Both the position numbers and the translations under genes were made by a program. From contig NC_067398.1 of assembly GCF_016432865.1 (NCBI RefSeq), positions 621,054,001 through 621,118,000 on the forward strand: 64,000 nt of DNA, read 5' to 3'. The stretch comes from Antechinus flavipes (lineage: Eukaryota). Shown here in pieces: positions 27,160-40,700 of the stretch. Each line of letters opens with the position of its first letter. Positions within the stretch are counted from its first letter, which is position 1. The notes beneath the pieces were generated by a model that did not search any database, was not told the DNA's origin, and was given only the letters and a program-made list of their open reading frames with translations.

Positions 27160-28150
27160 GGTATCATTCATCTCTATGCTAATAATTCTCAAATCTATTT
27201 ATCCAGTCCTAACCTCTCTCCTAATTCCAATATCACTACTCATTAAAGATCTCAAACTAGATGTCCAGTAGACATCTAAAATTTGACATTTCCTAAACTA
27301 AATTCATTATCCTCTCCCTCATCCCCTCAAGTCTTCTCCTTTTCCTAACTTTTCAATTTCTATCAAAGACATGACCATCCTTTCAGTTATCTAGACTCTC
27401 TCTACTTTTAACTCCTTTCCCCCCTGTTTATGCAGTCTATTGTCAAGTCCTATCAATTCTGCCTTCATCTATCTTTCTCATATCCTTCTTTATCTTCAAC
27501 ATTGTCACCATCATTTTCGAGACTTTCATCATTTCCCACTCAGTCTAGTGGCTCATCTCTCTGCTTCAGTTCTCTCCCTAGTCCAGTTCATCCCTTCTTA
27601 AAACTCAGGTCAGATCAGATCCCCTATCCATTCAGTAAATTCCAGTGGTTCTCTGTTACTCCCAGGATCAAATATAAATTCTCATATTTGGTGTTCAAAG
27701 TCCCTCATAATTTGTATCCCTTGTACTTTTCCATTCTTTTTGTGTACTCTGGTCCACTGACATTGATTCCCTTCCTGTTCCTAAAATAAAATATTCTATC
27801 TTCTGATTGTCAATTTTCAACAGTTATCTTTCATTCCTGGAACTTTTCCAGGAATCTTCTCTATCTCATGGATTCCTTGGAATCCTTCAAGTCTCAACTA
27901 AAATCCTATTTTCTACAAGGAGTCTATTTAGATGCCTTTCAATGGTACTCTCTTAATCATCTCCAATGTGTTCTTATTTATGTTATTGTTTATATGTTAT
28001 CTCTGCCATCAGACTGTGGACTCCTAGAGAGAAGAGACTGAGATTTTATTTGCTTGTTTTTATTGTTTGTTTCTTTGTTTGATTTGCGAGCTTATTCCCA
28101 GTAAATTACCTTAGTACATGTAGATATTTAATAAATGCTCACTGACTGAT
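27160..28150 (+). mobile_element. L2 LINE 3' ~1 kb fragment
   Basis: catctctatgctaataattctcaaatcta (YADDSQ-like)...ccagtggttctctgttactcccaggatcaaatataaa...L2 tail. Confidence 0.8.
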
Positions 28151-28731
28151 GATTAACTAAAATCTAAAATGTTGTGCATGTAATTTAATTAATTAATAAT
28201 TAAAAGGGGAAAGAAAAGAAAAATGCCAAAAGACTGGATAGTCAGCCTATGGAAAAACTAGTTGGAATGAAAAAAAGAAAATTAAAATGATAAGGCAATA
28301 GATCTAGAGCTCAAAGGAACCTCAAAAGTTATATAATCCAACATTCTCATTTTATACATGATTAAACTGAGGCCCAGAGAGGTGAAACAAACTTGATCAA
28401 AATGTAACTCGAATTATAAGTGATACAGCAAGGATTTGAAATTCAGTACCTTGACTCTGACTCCATAATTCTTTCCAATTTACCATACTACTCTCAAGTA
28501 TTAATTATACTTGCTCTTGCACCTGATCCTGAGGTGGGTCCCCTAGGTGATACAGAAAAAAAATCAGAAACAGCCTCTTCTAAAGTTCTGTGGGTACACA
28601 TTAACTGCCACAGCCAATCAAATGCACATTTATTAAACACTTACTATGCTTGGCGCCAGGAATGTAATGACAAAACAAAGAGTAATTCTTCACCTTAAAT
28701 ATAGTGTTTTTTGCTTGGAGAAGGAGAAGAG

Positions 28732-28878
28732 NNNNNNNNNNNNNNNNNNNNNNNNNNNNNNNNNNNNNNNNNNNNNNNNNNNNNNNNNNNNNNNNNNNNN
28801 NNNNNNNNNNNNNNNNNNNNNNNNNNNNNNNNNNNNNNNNNNNNNNNNNNNNNNNNNNNNNNNNNNNNNNNNNNNNNN
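28732..28878. other. assembly gap (147 N)
   Basis: run of N. Confidence 1.
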
Positions 28879-29764
28879 AAGCATAGATGAGGGAGATAGT
28901 TGAGTGGTGGGGAGAGAATCAGGAAGTTATCCTATAGGAGATAGTCCCTGAATTGAGACTATCTAGCACTACTGATACATAATGCATTTCCACCTGGAGC
29001 TAGAAATTGCTCCTGGAAATATTTGGGGATAGGGACCAGGTATCCTCAGTATTCTCCTTGCCTGCAAAAGGTGTCTTATTCCCAATCTCCTTGTGCAGTG
29101 GTTTACAATCACTTGAGGGATCGTTTTCAACATTGGAGTCAGAGAAGTTTAAACAATGACAGTATTTTAGTTGAGTAACTTCCTCTGACTTCTTAGGAGT
29201 TAGTCAATTAAAGACCATTAATGTGCTTGTAGCCAGTGGAGAGCAGAAGACCAAGCATAGGACACAGCTTGGTTCTACAGGGGATAGAGCACTGGCCCTG
29301 GAACCTAGAAGGACCTGAGTTCAAATATGGCATCAGACAGATTACTATTGAAAATTGTCAAGTAGGAGATAGAAATTTTAAGTCTTGTAATCTGATTTCT
29401 TTTTGGAACCTTGCACATATTGTTCAAGATTTAATTTTGTAATTAATAAAAATATTAAATAATAAATACAAACTATAATATTGTAATACTTCTCCATCTC
29501 CATATCCAGGTTAGTTTCTTAGAACAGATTTCTCATCATTGACTATCACTTTGAGATTCTCACTTTGGCAGCTATCAGATTGAAGCCTTCATCACACACT
29601 GCCATCTTATATATTCAGAGATCTAAAGCTCTAAGGGAATTCGGAAACCATGTACTCCATCTCCCCTTCCTTTTTTTAATAGTTGAAGAAACTGAAGTTC
29701 ATGTAGCTAAAGTAATTTGTCCAAAGTAGTAAGTATTAAAGATGGAATGTGAACCCACTTCTTC

Positions 29765-29910
29765 TGGCAAGAGCTCTTCTTCTCTCCCTCCCTTCTCTTT
29801 TCCTTCTTCCTTCCCTTCTTCTCTTCCTTTTCTCCTCCCTTCTTTCCTTCTTTCTTTCCTTTCTTATTTTCTTTCTTTTTTATTCATTGATTGATTGATA
29901 ATTTATTTAT
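29765..29910. repeat. pyrimidine-rich low-complexity tract (expanded A-rich tail of the 7SL retrocopy on the - strand)
   Basis: ttctccctcccttctcttttccttc...ttgattgattgataatttatttatt. Confidence 0.7.
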
Positions 29911-29911
29911 T

Positions 29912-30209
29912 GAGACCAGAATCTCCCTATCTCACCTAAGCTGAAAGTTCAGCAGCCACCCATGGACCTTATGTCATTGCTGATAAGACCACAACCTTTG
30001 ACTTGCTCCAATTTTTTTGCCTGGGCAGGTTCATTCCCCCTTAGGCTGCATGGTGGACTCTCAGGGGCTCACCACAATGGTACCATATTTACTGCAAACA
30101 CCTGATCTGTCTCAACCCTTTTTCAGCTCAGAACTCTGAAATCCAAGCTATTTACCAGCCTCAACCTCCCCAGCAGCAGAAATTACCACTGTGTGCCAAC
30201 ATGTTCTTC
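29912..30209 (-). pseudogene. RN7SL: full-length 7SL (SRP RNA) retrocopy or 7SL-derived SINE
   Basis: Reverse complement aligns along 7SL: ...ggggaggttgaggctgg...gagttctgagctg...gcctaagggggaatgaacctgcccagg...ggagcaagtcaaa...gagattctggtctc; ~298 nt with CpG decay. Confidence 0.85.
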
Positions 30210-31214
30210 TGCGTTCTTTCCAGTCTTTCCCCTCCCTTTCCCCTAGTGTAGTGAGCCAATACTCTGGCTCCCACCTCCTCTTCTCAGAAAAGTATACAGA
30301 AAAGGTCAAAATGCTTATTAGGTGCTTACAACATAACATTTAAATGTGTCAGGCATCAGTGAGTCAAAAACCAGATTCATATTCTCCTGAAATCCATATG
30401 TTTTTACAAATTAGAGAGAAAGCTTTTGGCTTGGAGAGCTCTTTGCCAAGTTTTAAAAACTTGTTTTGCACCTTTTGGTATCCTAAGAACCCAACCCTTA
30501 AAATATTGCTTTCTCTTTCTAATTCATACTAAGGCTGTGGCTTATGAAGCAATGGCATTTTAAAAAAAATTTCCTTCATCCCTATTACCAGTAGAAAGGG
30601 AAAATGAGAAGTAAATCAGTGGATATGATAGCCTACATCTATGAAGTAGAAAGACCTGCAAGCAACCTTATGACCTTAAAGATTTTCTCATCTAATGCTG
30701 TCAATTTACTTAGGAAACAAGACCATAAGAGGAAATCTGATTCAGAGAATTTTCCCAAACCAATTCTGTTCCCAATATAATATGCTGTGAGTTTAGAGGA
30801 AAAAAAAGAAATAATTAGTGCAGAGTAGGAGAATCCTACAAGACTGCAGTTTTTGTTATTTAAAAACCTTGGACAAGTCATTTAACCTCTATAAAGTGTA
30901 TTATCCTCATAATGTTGAGATTTGTGTTTCCTGCCTCATAGGATTGCTGCAAAAAAAAAGATTTTACAAACCTTAAAATACTGTTGAAATGTGAATTATT
31001 ATTATTACTTCAAAAAATTGCTGTGTGGATTAAATATGATAATATTCAGAAAGAGACTTTTTAGCCTTTAAGTACTATATATGTACTTAGTGTATAAGAT
31101 AATTATAATGCAAACATATATTCAAAATATACTTTTATATGTATACATATGCATGTGTATATATGGTGCAACTTGATACTATACACAAAGAACTTGCTAG
31201 TTTTTTAGCCAAGA

Positions 31215-31430
31215 AAACTTTGTATAGGGAATCCTCAGGAAAGGAAATTCCCTCTATTAATACAGATTGCTACTTTCCTGCAATTTATAGTCTTAAAAAG
31301 CTGTCTAGAGCACTGAAAGATAACATGATTTGCCTAAGGTTAAGGGTCATAATGGTAGTAAACAGACAAAACATAGACCCAAGTTTTCCTGGCTAAGAGC
31401 TAGTTTTCTCTGCTCTATACCATGTTGCAC
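31215..31430 (-). mobile_element. marsupial core-SINE derivative (MdoRep1-like)
   Basis: ggaaattccctctattaatacagat...caatttatagtcttaaaaagctgtctagagcactga...; a similar tail fragment lies near 10870-10940. Confidence 0.45.
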
Positions 31431-31446
31431 TTCATTCATAGATATG

Positions 31447-31473
31447 TAGATAGATAGATAGATAGATAGATAG
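31447..31473. repeat. (TAGA)n microsatellite
   Basis: tagatagatagatagatagatagatag. Confidence 0.95.
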
Positions 31474-31699
31474 GAAATAAAAAGTATATTTTGAATATAT
31501 ACTTGTTTGCCTTATAATTATCTATGTATATATCATTCTTTTTTTATAAGACTTTAAGTACCATGAGGGCAAAAACTGTAATTTACCTAATTTTTAAAAA
31601 AATCTCCCTAGTGCCTAAAAGGGCACTCTAAAAACATTAGGTAACAAGTAAGTATTTGTCAAATTGAATTAAATTGACTACCCCAGAAGACAATTGGTT

Positions 31700-32860
31700 C
31701 AGGGATAAAGCTAAGTTGACAGAATAGAGGAAGCAGCTGGGAATATCCAATATTCCCCTCCAAGCAACTTTAAAACAACACCTCAAATCAAATTATGGAG
31801 CAGAAAGTTCAACAAAATGTCAAGGTTAGACATTATTCTATCCCAAAACAACTTAGGAAGTCAGAAGTAGAGATCTGTGACATTGGGTAGAGGCTGGCGT
31901 GGAGCCCACATGGTAGCAACACTAGCTGAGATCCTTGGAGGTGACAACAGCAACTGCAGCAGCTTTTGAAAGTCTCAAGCCAGAAATAGTAAGGGCATCT
32001 GGAAACTGTCAGAAAGAGATTAAAAGGCACTCCTGTGCTAGCTCTAGGCACGGGACAGGACACTGTTTGTCAATTCCATTGCCCATACACACTTCCACGT
32101 CACAGTTCCAGGGTGAAAAGGAATGCTTCCAGTCCCAATGGATCAGAGGAAGATCTCTACTGAAGAACAGTATAGTTTGTGGTTTCAAGGGAACAGGAAC
32201 CTAAGAAACAATATTGCTCATGGTTGCTCTGGGCAAGAACCAGAGCAGAGACCAGAAGTGTCCAGACCTCTTCTCAGATCATACCACCTTCAAAATGCCA
32301 AAAACTTCCAAACCCCCACTGAAAATAGCAATGTAAAAAAGCCTGAATCTGGGGAGAGTGCCCCCTCTTCATCAATACACACTGGGAACAGAATCCAAAT
32401 TTAACTAAGTTCAATGTCAAGAAATCAGGGAGAACAATGATCAAACAAGCAAACAAACAAAAACCCAAACATAAAAAACTACTATGGTGAAAGGGAAGAA
32501 CAAGACACAAACTTAGAAGACAGTGTTGTTAGAACAGCTACAAACAAAGTCTCAAAGGGAAAAAAAAACATGAACATAAACCCAAAAAGGATTTTTGAAA
32601 GAGCTAAAAAAATTTTTTTAAATCAAATAAGAATGATAGAGGAAAAGTTAGAGGTGGGGGGAAATGAAAGAAACACAAGAAAATTATACTAAGACAATAA
32701 ACAGATTAGTAAAAGAGGCAACCAAAAAACTAAAGAAAATAACACCCTAAAAGAGAATTGGTCAAAAGACAAAAGAGGTGCAAAATTTCATTGATGAAAA
32801 CAACTTCTTAAAAAGCAAAATTGGTCAAATGGAGAAAGTGATACAAAAGCTCACTGACTA
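31700..32860 (+). mobile_element. old L1: 5' UTR and degenerate ORF1 N-terminus
   Basis: 5' UTR ttcccctccaagcaactttaaaacaacacctcaaa...; ATG at 32437, frameshifted IKNYYGEREEQDTNLED...; coiled-coil repeat EKVIQKLT-like. Confidence 0.75.
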
Positions 32861-32924
32861 AAGTTGTCAATCTTAGGTGAAAATAAGGTGAGAGCAGAAG
32901 TGAGATAGTGAAATATAAGGAAAA

Positions 32925-33066
32925 NNNNNNNNNNNNNNNNNNNNNNNNNNNNNNNNNNNNNNNNNNNNNNNNNNNNNNNNNNNNNNNNNNNNNNNNNNNN
33001 NNNNNNNNNNNNNNNNNNNNNNNNNNNNNNNNNNNNNNNNNNNNNNNNNNNNNNNNNNNNNNNNNN
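32925..33066. other. assembly gap (142 N)
   Basis: run of N. Confidence 1.
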
Positions 33067-34289
33067 GGAGGGAGAATTAGATGACAGATAGAGAATGTAT
33101 TAAGTACTTACTATGTACCAGGCATTGTGTTGATAATCCCTGTCCTTATAGAACTTACATTCTAATAGGGAAGAAAAATATATAAAGGACTAGTGACCAG
33201 GAAGGAAGATGTATTTTGCTCTAAATTCAATGAAATCCTCAAATCTCATGCTACTTTGTCTCTCTTCTTTGTACTTAATTTGAAACATCAAAGATCTTTA
33301 ATTTTTCTTATAACCCTCAGTGAAAAAAGGTTACAATTTCTTCTTACTTCATGGAAGACTTCATAAGACTGAACCCCTCCCCAAAAAATGTATCATTTAG
33401 TGGTCCTATTTCTGATGATGATCTTCTCAACTCAGTGGGATGACCCTTGGACAAAATATATCCAATCTATTTCACTTTCTTTCTTAATGACTTTGCAGTT
33501 TATTAGCATCTGCCATTCCCTTGACATAGCCTTCCAAAATGCAGGTCACTTCTTAACCATGACGAAGATCCCATCAGCCTTAGCACTCCACCTTATCACC
33601 ATCCTCTGTCGTTCTGATTGGAGAATAAAGGCATGAATTCAGAAACCTCTATTTAATGAGGGAACTCACCCCAGAGCATTTCCTTTTTTTTCACTTGGTT
33701 GCACTAGGTTATAGCTCTCTGATTTTTCCCACCACACCTCCATGTTACATACCTTCATATTCCTTGCTTTTCAGTTCTTTTTGTGTGTTGTCTTCCTTCT
33801 TTTGATTGTAAGCTCTTTAAAAGCAGTGTCTGTCTTTCGTGAATTTATCTCCAGAGCTTAGTCCAATGTCTGGCACATAGAATGTGTTTATTAGATGTTT
33901 GTTGGCTGACTGAAGAACCAGAATAGAACTTATCTAATTTGCCTTATGGTTATTTCTGTCCCTGTCTTCTATCATCTACTAGACCGAATTATTCTCAAAG
34001 ATAGGAATTTTATTTTTATATTTCTACTGGAATAATAACTAGATGAGAGCCAATGGAGTTTTGCCACAGGTCATTAGTGTATATGGGGTAGGGAGGTTCC
34101 TTCCCGCAACAGCATCAAGACTTGTCCCCATGATTCAAATTCTTCCACTGGAAGGATCTAAGCAGTGTGTCCATTCTCCTTTATCCAAATATAACAATAG
34201 GATTCCATCATCATAGCACCCTTATTCTAGAATATACCTCCCACTCAACTGCCTCTCTGGACAATGGTCACTCCTTCTCCCATAGTGAT

Positions 34290-34560
34290 CAATGGAATGA
34301 AATAAGCATTTATTATGTATCTTCTAAGTACTTTTTTGTACTTTTTTTACAGATATTACCTCATTTGATCCTCATTAAAAACCCTGTGAGTTAAATGCTA
34401 TTATAATCCCCATTTTATAATTGAAGAAACTGAGATAGATAGTGATTAAGTTACTTGACTAGGTTCACACCACAAGAAAAAGTATGAATTTAGATTTGAA
34501 TTAAAGTCTTCCTGACTCCAGGACCATTGCTTTATCCCCGGGTTGCCTACTTGCTGCATT
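34290..34560 (-). mobile_element. MIR SINE
   Basis: cctcatttgatcctc...cccattttataattgaagaaactgag...gtcttcctgactccagg. Confidence 0.75.
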
Positions 34561-34736
34561 GGTCACCCACAGTTGGACTACCTTGTGCTATGACCAGTCA
34601 TTCTCAATAAGGCTGTCTTCTGCACTCTTTGCCCTCCCACCATCTCAAACCATCAACTGTTTTATCTTTGTCCCTTCCCTCAAAGACAGGATTTATACTT
34701 TAATTTAATTTAATTTAATTCAAACAATTTTCTAAG

Positions 34737-34985
34737 GGGCAACTAGGTAGTTCAGTGGATAGAATCCAGATCTAAAGTCAAGAAGACTCATCTTCCAAAA
34801 TTCAAATTTGTCCTCAAATATTTACTAGCCATGTGATGCTGGACAAGTCATTTATCTCTTTCTGCTCAGTTCCTGATCTGTAAAATGATCTAGAAAAGGA
34901 AATGGCAAATTATTCCAGTATCTTTTCCAAGAAAACCCCAAATGGGGTCATGAAGTCAGATATAATTGAACAACAGCAGAACAAT
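34737..34985 (+). mobile_element. MAR1 SINE
   Basis: ggggcaactaggtagttcagtggataga...gaaaaggaaatggcaaa...ccaagaaaaccccaaatggggtcatgaag. Confidence 0.85.
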
Positions 34986-36543
34986 TGTTATATTTTGAAT
35001 TGAATTACATCTTGAACATTCATTCATTTACTTAAGAAACATCTATTAAGTGACAACTGAGAATGGAGTTAAGTGTTAGAGAGCACAAGAAGTTTAACTA
35101 AAACTGTCTGGCCTCCTGGTGCTTACCCTGACAGGAGAAATAAGGCACAAATGTAGATTTATTACAAGTAGTAATTATATTAAAGAGATGTAAGAAAAAA
35201 ATTCCATGTCAGATTTAAGGGGAAGATCATTACAAATCAAGAGAATGTTGAAGATACAGAAAACTTTTTGGAAGCCAAAGTTAAGCTTAGAGAAAGAATC
35301 AAGAAATATGTCTATGAGCTCACTGAATATTTCAGACACGATAATTCCCATCAAGGCTATCAAGGCATTTAGGGAGACATGAGAAGCAGCATAATATTGA
35401 ATAAAAAGCAAGGAATTTAAAGAATAAGACTTAATATCTGATCCTATCACTTGTTTGATCTTGAGGAAGTCTACTGACTTGCTGATTATAAAATGAGAAA
35501 TATCTTAGTTCTAACATTCTAAAATCCTATAATCTAATAATCCAATGGGCCAGTGGTTATCATCTATTGCCAGAATGGATCTCTCACATGCATGAAATCA
35601 TAGACTCTTGAAGCACTGAAGCATTTAAAAGATGAGTAGGAGCTTAATCGTTCCAGGAGAGTGTCTCCAGTACAGGATACACTTGGGAACAAGGAACTTG
35701 AGGCAGGAGAACAAATATGCTTAGAGATTGAATCAGTTTGGCTGATGACAGTGATACACCAAGGTCAGTGAGAGAGACTAGAAACAATGGAATAGTACCA
35801 AGTTGGAATGAGTTTGATGGAATTACCAACAAAGAGTAGGGGGAGGACCACAGTGATGGCACCTCCCTTGTTCATCTCAGGGATTTCATCATTTTATAAT
35901 ATTTCTAACCTTCACACCCCAATACTAATTATCACCAGACTCAAAGCAAGCTCTGAAGCTTATTGGGAGAAAGAGGAGGGAGGAAAGCTAAAAGGGAAGC
36001 AAGATCACTTTTAAAAGCCATCAAACAATTTCAAAGTGTCTTTAGAGAGGAGACTAAGCTGATGAGCATATTTGTGGGACAAGAAAGTCTCTTGCTCCCA
36101 AATAATCTAACAAACATTATTCTCCTTGGAGGATAATAATATATAGCTCTGTCCTTTTTTGTTTATATGGTACCTTTCATCTCTGAAGTTCAAGGCGCCC
36201 TGCAGACATTATCTCATTTTTTCCCAGCCAGTGAAGTTTGTAAGTATTATACCCACTTCACAGATGGAAAAAAACTACAAGCCAGAAAGAGATTTTTGTC
36301 TTCCTTTTCTCCCATATCTCCTTTATTCAGCTGCAGAATCAATGCCCTTACCTTTGTCTCTTTTGATAGATATGTTCATATATATTCCTTGAAAAAGTAG
36401 TAAAGCATATTAATCCTGGTCTTGGGTTTATTAGAGCTGCATTTCCCATAGCAGTATCCAGAAAACTCTGATCTTAGGGTATGGGTACCTATAATATAAA
36501 CCTTCAGTTCTTTATGAACTTTATCAATCAAGAGTTATCCAGG

Positions 36544-37056
36544 ATGATTTCAGAGAAGGCTGGAGATACTTACATGAACTGATGTTAAGTGAAATGAGCA
36601 GAACCAGGAGATCATTGTACACAGCAACAGCAAGATTATACAATGTTCAATTCTGATGGACGTGGCTCTTTCCAACAATGAGATAATTCAGGTCAATTCC
36701 AATGATTTTGTGATGATGGGAGCCATCTACACCCAGAGAGAGTCTATGGGGACTTAGTGGGAGATCACAACATAGCATTTTCACTTCTTTTGTTGTTGTT
36801 TGCTTGAATTTTATTTTTTCTCATTTTTCTTCCTTTTGATCATATTTTTCTTATGCAGCAAGATAATTGTATAAATATATATGCCTATATTTGATCTACA
36901 TATATTTTTACCATGTTTCACATAGATTGGATTACTTGCCATCTAGATGAGGAGAGGGGAGAAGGGAGGGAAAATTGGAACACAAGGTTTTGCAAGGGTC
37001 AATATCAAAAAATTGTCCTTGCAAATGCTTTGAAAATAAAAAGTTTCAATTTAAAA
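36544..37056 (+). mobile_element. 5'-truncated L1 with 14 bp target-site duplication
   Basis: gagatacttacatgaactgatgttaagtgaaatgagcagaaccaggagatc...; TSD aagagttatccagg (36530-36543) / aagagttgtccagg (37057-37070). Confidence 0.9.
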
Positions 37057-37759
37057 AAGAGTTGTCCAGGTACATATTATTGACAAAGTATAGTAGTGGG
37101 TTTTTCTTTTGTATTTTTTTATTTTTTTAAATGCTTATTAAGTGTTTATTATGTTTAAAACCCTATGCTAAATGCCAGACATACAAATAGAAAAGCAAAC
37201 CAATCCCTACTTTCAGGGAATTCGTTCTAATGCAGTAAAAAATGGATATGACATAGAAATGGAAATCACATGGAAGAGTTGTCTAGACCTTAGGATGGAT
37301 GCAGCAACAAAACAAATAGTAATGTATGCTCTTTAATTTCATTTCTAATGATAAAATCATATATACTTCTTTTATAGAACTATTTGAGAGGACCTTTATG
37401 AATATAACTTTATTTTCTACTTCTATTTTCAGGAGCCTTGGTTGATAAGCAAACAGGCGCAAATGCAATGACAAAAATGATTGCCAGGCTATAGCTCCAC
37501 AAAAGTTGCTTTCATAGATTATGACTACTAGCTAATAGACTGTAAGCAAGACCTAATGGTTTGGCAAGTTACCACTCCTGAGTCACTTGGTCCTAAGGCA
37601 GTTGGTCAGAATTTGATTGTGGTGAGGAAAGTAGGCCTCTTTTCAACAGTAAAAACAGGACTGGCTTGGGGTCACTGCTATTCCCAAAGTTCTTTCTTTT
37701 AGGGAGCTGAGACATCTCCAACAGTATATGAAGGAAGATGGTGGTTAAAAAATTACTCA

Positions 37760-40700
37760 AAAACCAGAATTGAATAAATGGTCAAAGAGGTACTAAATCT
37801 CACCGAAGAAAATAACTAAAAATTGAAACTAGTCAAAAGGAAGCTAATAACTCCAGGAGATATCAAAAAAATAAAAATAAAACAAGGTGCAAAATCTGAA
37901 AAATGGAATAAAAATATGAACTATTTTATAGGAAAAATAACTTACCTGGAAAATAGGCTAAAGAGATTTAATTTAAGAATTATTGAACTACCTGAAAATG
38001 ATCAAAATGAAGAGAACCTAGATATCATATTTCAAAAAAATTATAAAGGAAAATTACCCAGATGCCTTAGAAAAATAAAGCAAAATAGCCAATGAAATAT
38101 GCATTAAACAACTCCAAAAATAAATCCCATAATGAAAACTCCCAGTGTTATTATAGCCAAATTCCAGAACTTCCAAATCAAAGGTAAACAGCAAGCAAAC
38201 CAAAAAGAATTCAGTTACTGTGGAATCACAGTCAGGTTCAAGAGTTAGCAGCTATGATCATAATATTTAGCAACAACTACAATCAAAGAATGAGAGGCTT
38301 GAAATATGAGATACTATGGAAGACAAAGGAGTTAAAATTATAACACATATTTTCATTAAAAAAAAACTAAAAATGACAGCTAAATGATGACGTGAATAGA
38401 GCACTGGCCCTGGAGAAAGGAGGACCTGAGTTCAAAGCTGCCCTCAGTCATCTAACACTTACTAGCTGTATGATCCTGGGCAAGTCATTTAACCCCAATG
38501 CCTTGCCCCCCCCCAAAAAAATAGAAAGCATAATTATGAATGGAGCTTTTCTTAAAATGATAAATAGTATCTATGTAAAACCAAGAACAAACATTTTCTA
38601 TAAAGCAGATAAACTAAAAACATTTCCAATAAGATCAGGGTTGAAACAAAAATATCTGTTATCACCATTATGGTAACTATGGCAAGAAACTGAAGGGACA
38701 TAAGTACTGACAATAAGAAAACTATTTCTTAATATAAATGTTATGATTTTATTTAGAGAAACCTAGAGAACCAATTAAAAATCTACTTGAATAAATTAAC
38801 AGCTTTAGCAGAGCTGAAAGATATAAAATAAGCCCACAAACATCATCAGAATTTCTATACATTATTTACAAAATCCAGAAAGAATAGATGGAAAGAGAAA
38901 TTCCAATTAAGATAATTATAGACAGTATAAAATTATTTGAGTCTAGCTTCCAAAACAAATACAGAACCTATATGAACACAATTACTAAACACTCTTCACA
39001 CATACACACACAAACACACACACACACACAAAAATAATTGAAGAAATTTTAATTGTTTATGGGTATTTCCAGCCAACATAATAATAATGACACTATTACT
39101 TAAATCAATTTACTTATTCTGTGTCATACCAATTAAGTAACCTAAGGATTTCTTTATAGATTAAAAATAAATAATAACAAAATACATCTGGAAGAACATA
39201 AGATTAAAAGAAACAAAAGATAAAAAGAGCAAAAGGAAATTTAGCAATACAAATTATGCTACAAAATTATACTACAAATTGTACTACAAAATTATACTCT
39301 TCAAATCAATTTGTACTACGTGAGAATAGAATAGTTGATCAATAAAATAAATTAAGTACACAATATTCAGAAAGTGAGCACAGTAGCCTAATGTTTGATA
39401 AACACAAGAAGGTCAGCTACTGGGGAAAGAACTCACTATTTGAAAAAAATTTCTGAGAAAACCAGAAAGAAAAAATCTAGTAGAAACTAGACAGATACTA
39501 ACAGCTCATATCTTATATGAAAATAAGATTAAAATAGAAACATGATTTAGATGTAAAAGGTGATCTCATAAGCAAATTAGGAAAACAAAGTAAAATTATC
39601 TCTAAAATCTGTGAATTAGGGAAGAATTCATGAGATAGAGAGGTTCACTGAAGGGAAAAAATGGATAATTTTAATTATTACAAAATTTAAAAGCTTTTGC
39701 ACCAATAATAGTGATGTAATCAAAATTAGAAGAAAAGCAGGAAGCTGGGGGAAATGGCAGCAAGTTTCTCTGATAAAAGTTTCATTTGTCAAACATAAAG
39801 AGAACTCAGCCAAATTTCTAAAAATAAGATAAAAAACATAAGTTGTCAGTGGATAGTTTTCAGAGGAAGAAATCAAATCTCTTAATATTAGTATGAAAAA
39901 ATGTTCTAACTTAATAATAGCTAGAAAAGCAAAAATTAATATAGTTCTGAGGTACCACCTATTACTCAGTATATGACAGGAAAAAAAAGATAAATGCTGG
40001 AGGGGATATAAGAAAAGATAGACACTTATACAATGTTGATAGAACTGTGAACTAATATAATTCATTATGAAGAACAATTTAGAACTATGCCCAAAGAACT
40101 ATAAAACTGCTCCAGCAATATTTTTTGGTCCAGCAATACTACTATTAAGTCAATATCTCCAATTAGATTTAAAAAAAGAAAAGAATTAATATATTCAAAA
40201 ATGTTTATAGCAATTATTTTAATGGTGGAGCCCCACCAAAAAAAAAAGGAAACTAAAGGGGTACTTATCAACTTGGAAATGACTAAGCATATCATGGTAT
40301 GTGAATTTGGTGGAATATTATTGTGTTGTAGCAAATGATGATGAGTATGGTTTCAGAAAACTCTAGGAAGACCATACAAAGTAAAGTGAGAAAAACCAAA
40401 AGAGCAATGACAGCAATATTATTTTTAAAAAATCAACCATGAAAGATTTAACTATGAGCAGAGTCCAAAGGGCTCAGAATATAAAATGTTATTCACCTTC
40501 AGATAGAGAACTAATGGAGTCAGATTAATGCACATTTTTTTCCTTTATTTTGTTGGGTTTTTTCCCTAGAATATGACTAATGCAAAAGTATGTTTTGCAT
40601 GACTTTATATGTATAATGGGCATTATATTTCTTGTCTTCTCCATGAATCAGGCAAGGAATGAAGAGGGTAGAGAATTTAGAACTGAAAATGTTTTTAAAA
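37760..40700 (+). mobile_element. old L1: ORF1 C-half joined directly to ORF2 RT, then C-terminus and 3' UTR
   Basis: ORF 37823-38095 contains LENRLKRFNLRIIELPE (ORF1p-like); RT-like FPIRSGLKQKYLLSPL in ORF 38392-38676; 3' UTR at 40400-40700. Confidence 0.8.
38373..38520 (+). mobile_element. WSINE1-type SINE nested in L1
   Basis: atagagcactggccctggag...ggaggacctgagttcaaa...ggcaagtcatttaaccccaatgcct, in an A-rich target. Confidence 0.8.

Noticed and set aside
29260-29345. tRNA-like A/B boxes (also at 34737 and 38373)
   Set aside because: tRNA-derived heads of SINEs, not tRNA genes
39628-40334. 149 aa and 89 aa minus-strand ORFs
   Set aside because: Antisense to A-rich L1 ORF2 debris; hydrophobic bias comes from T-richness
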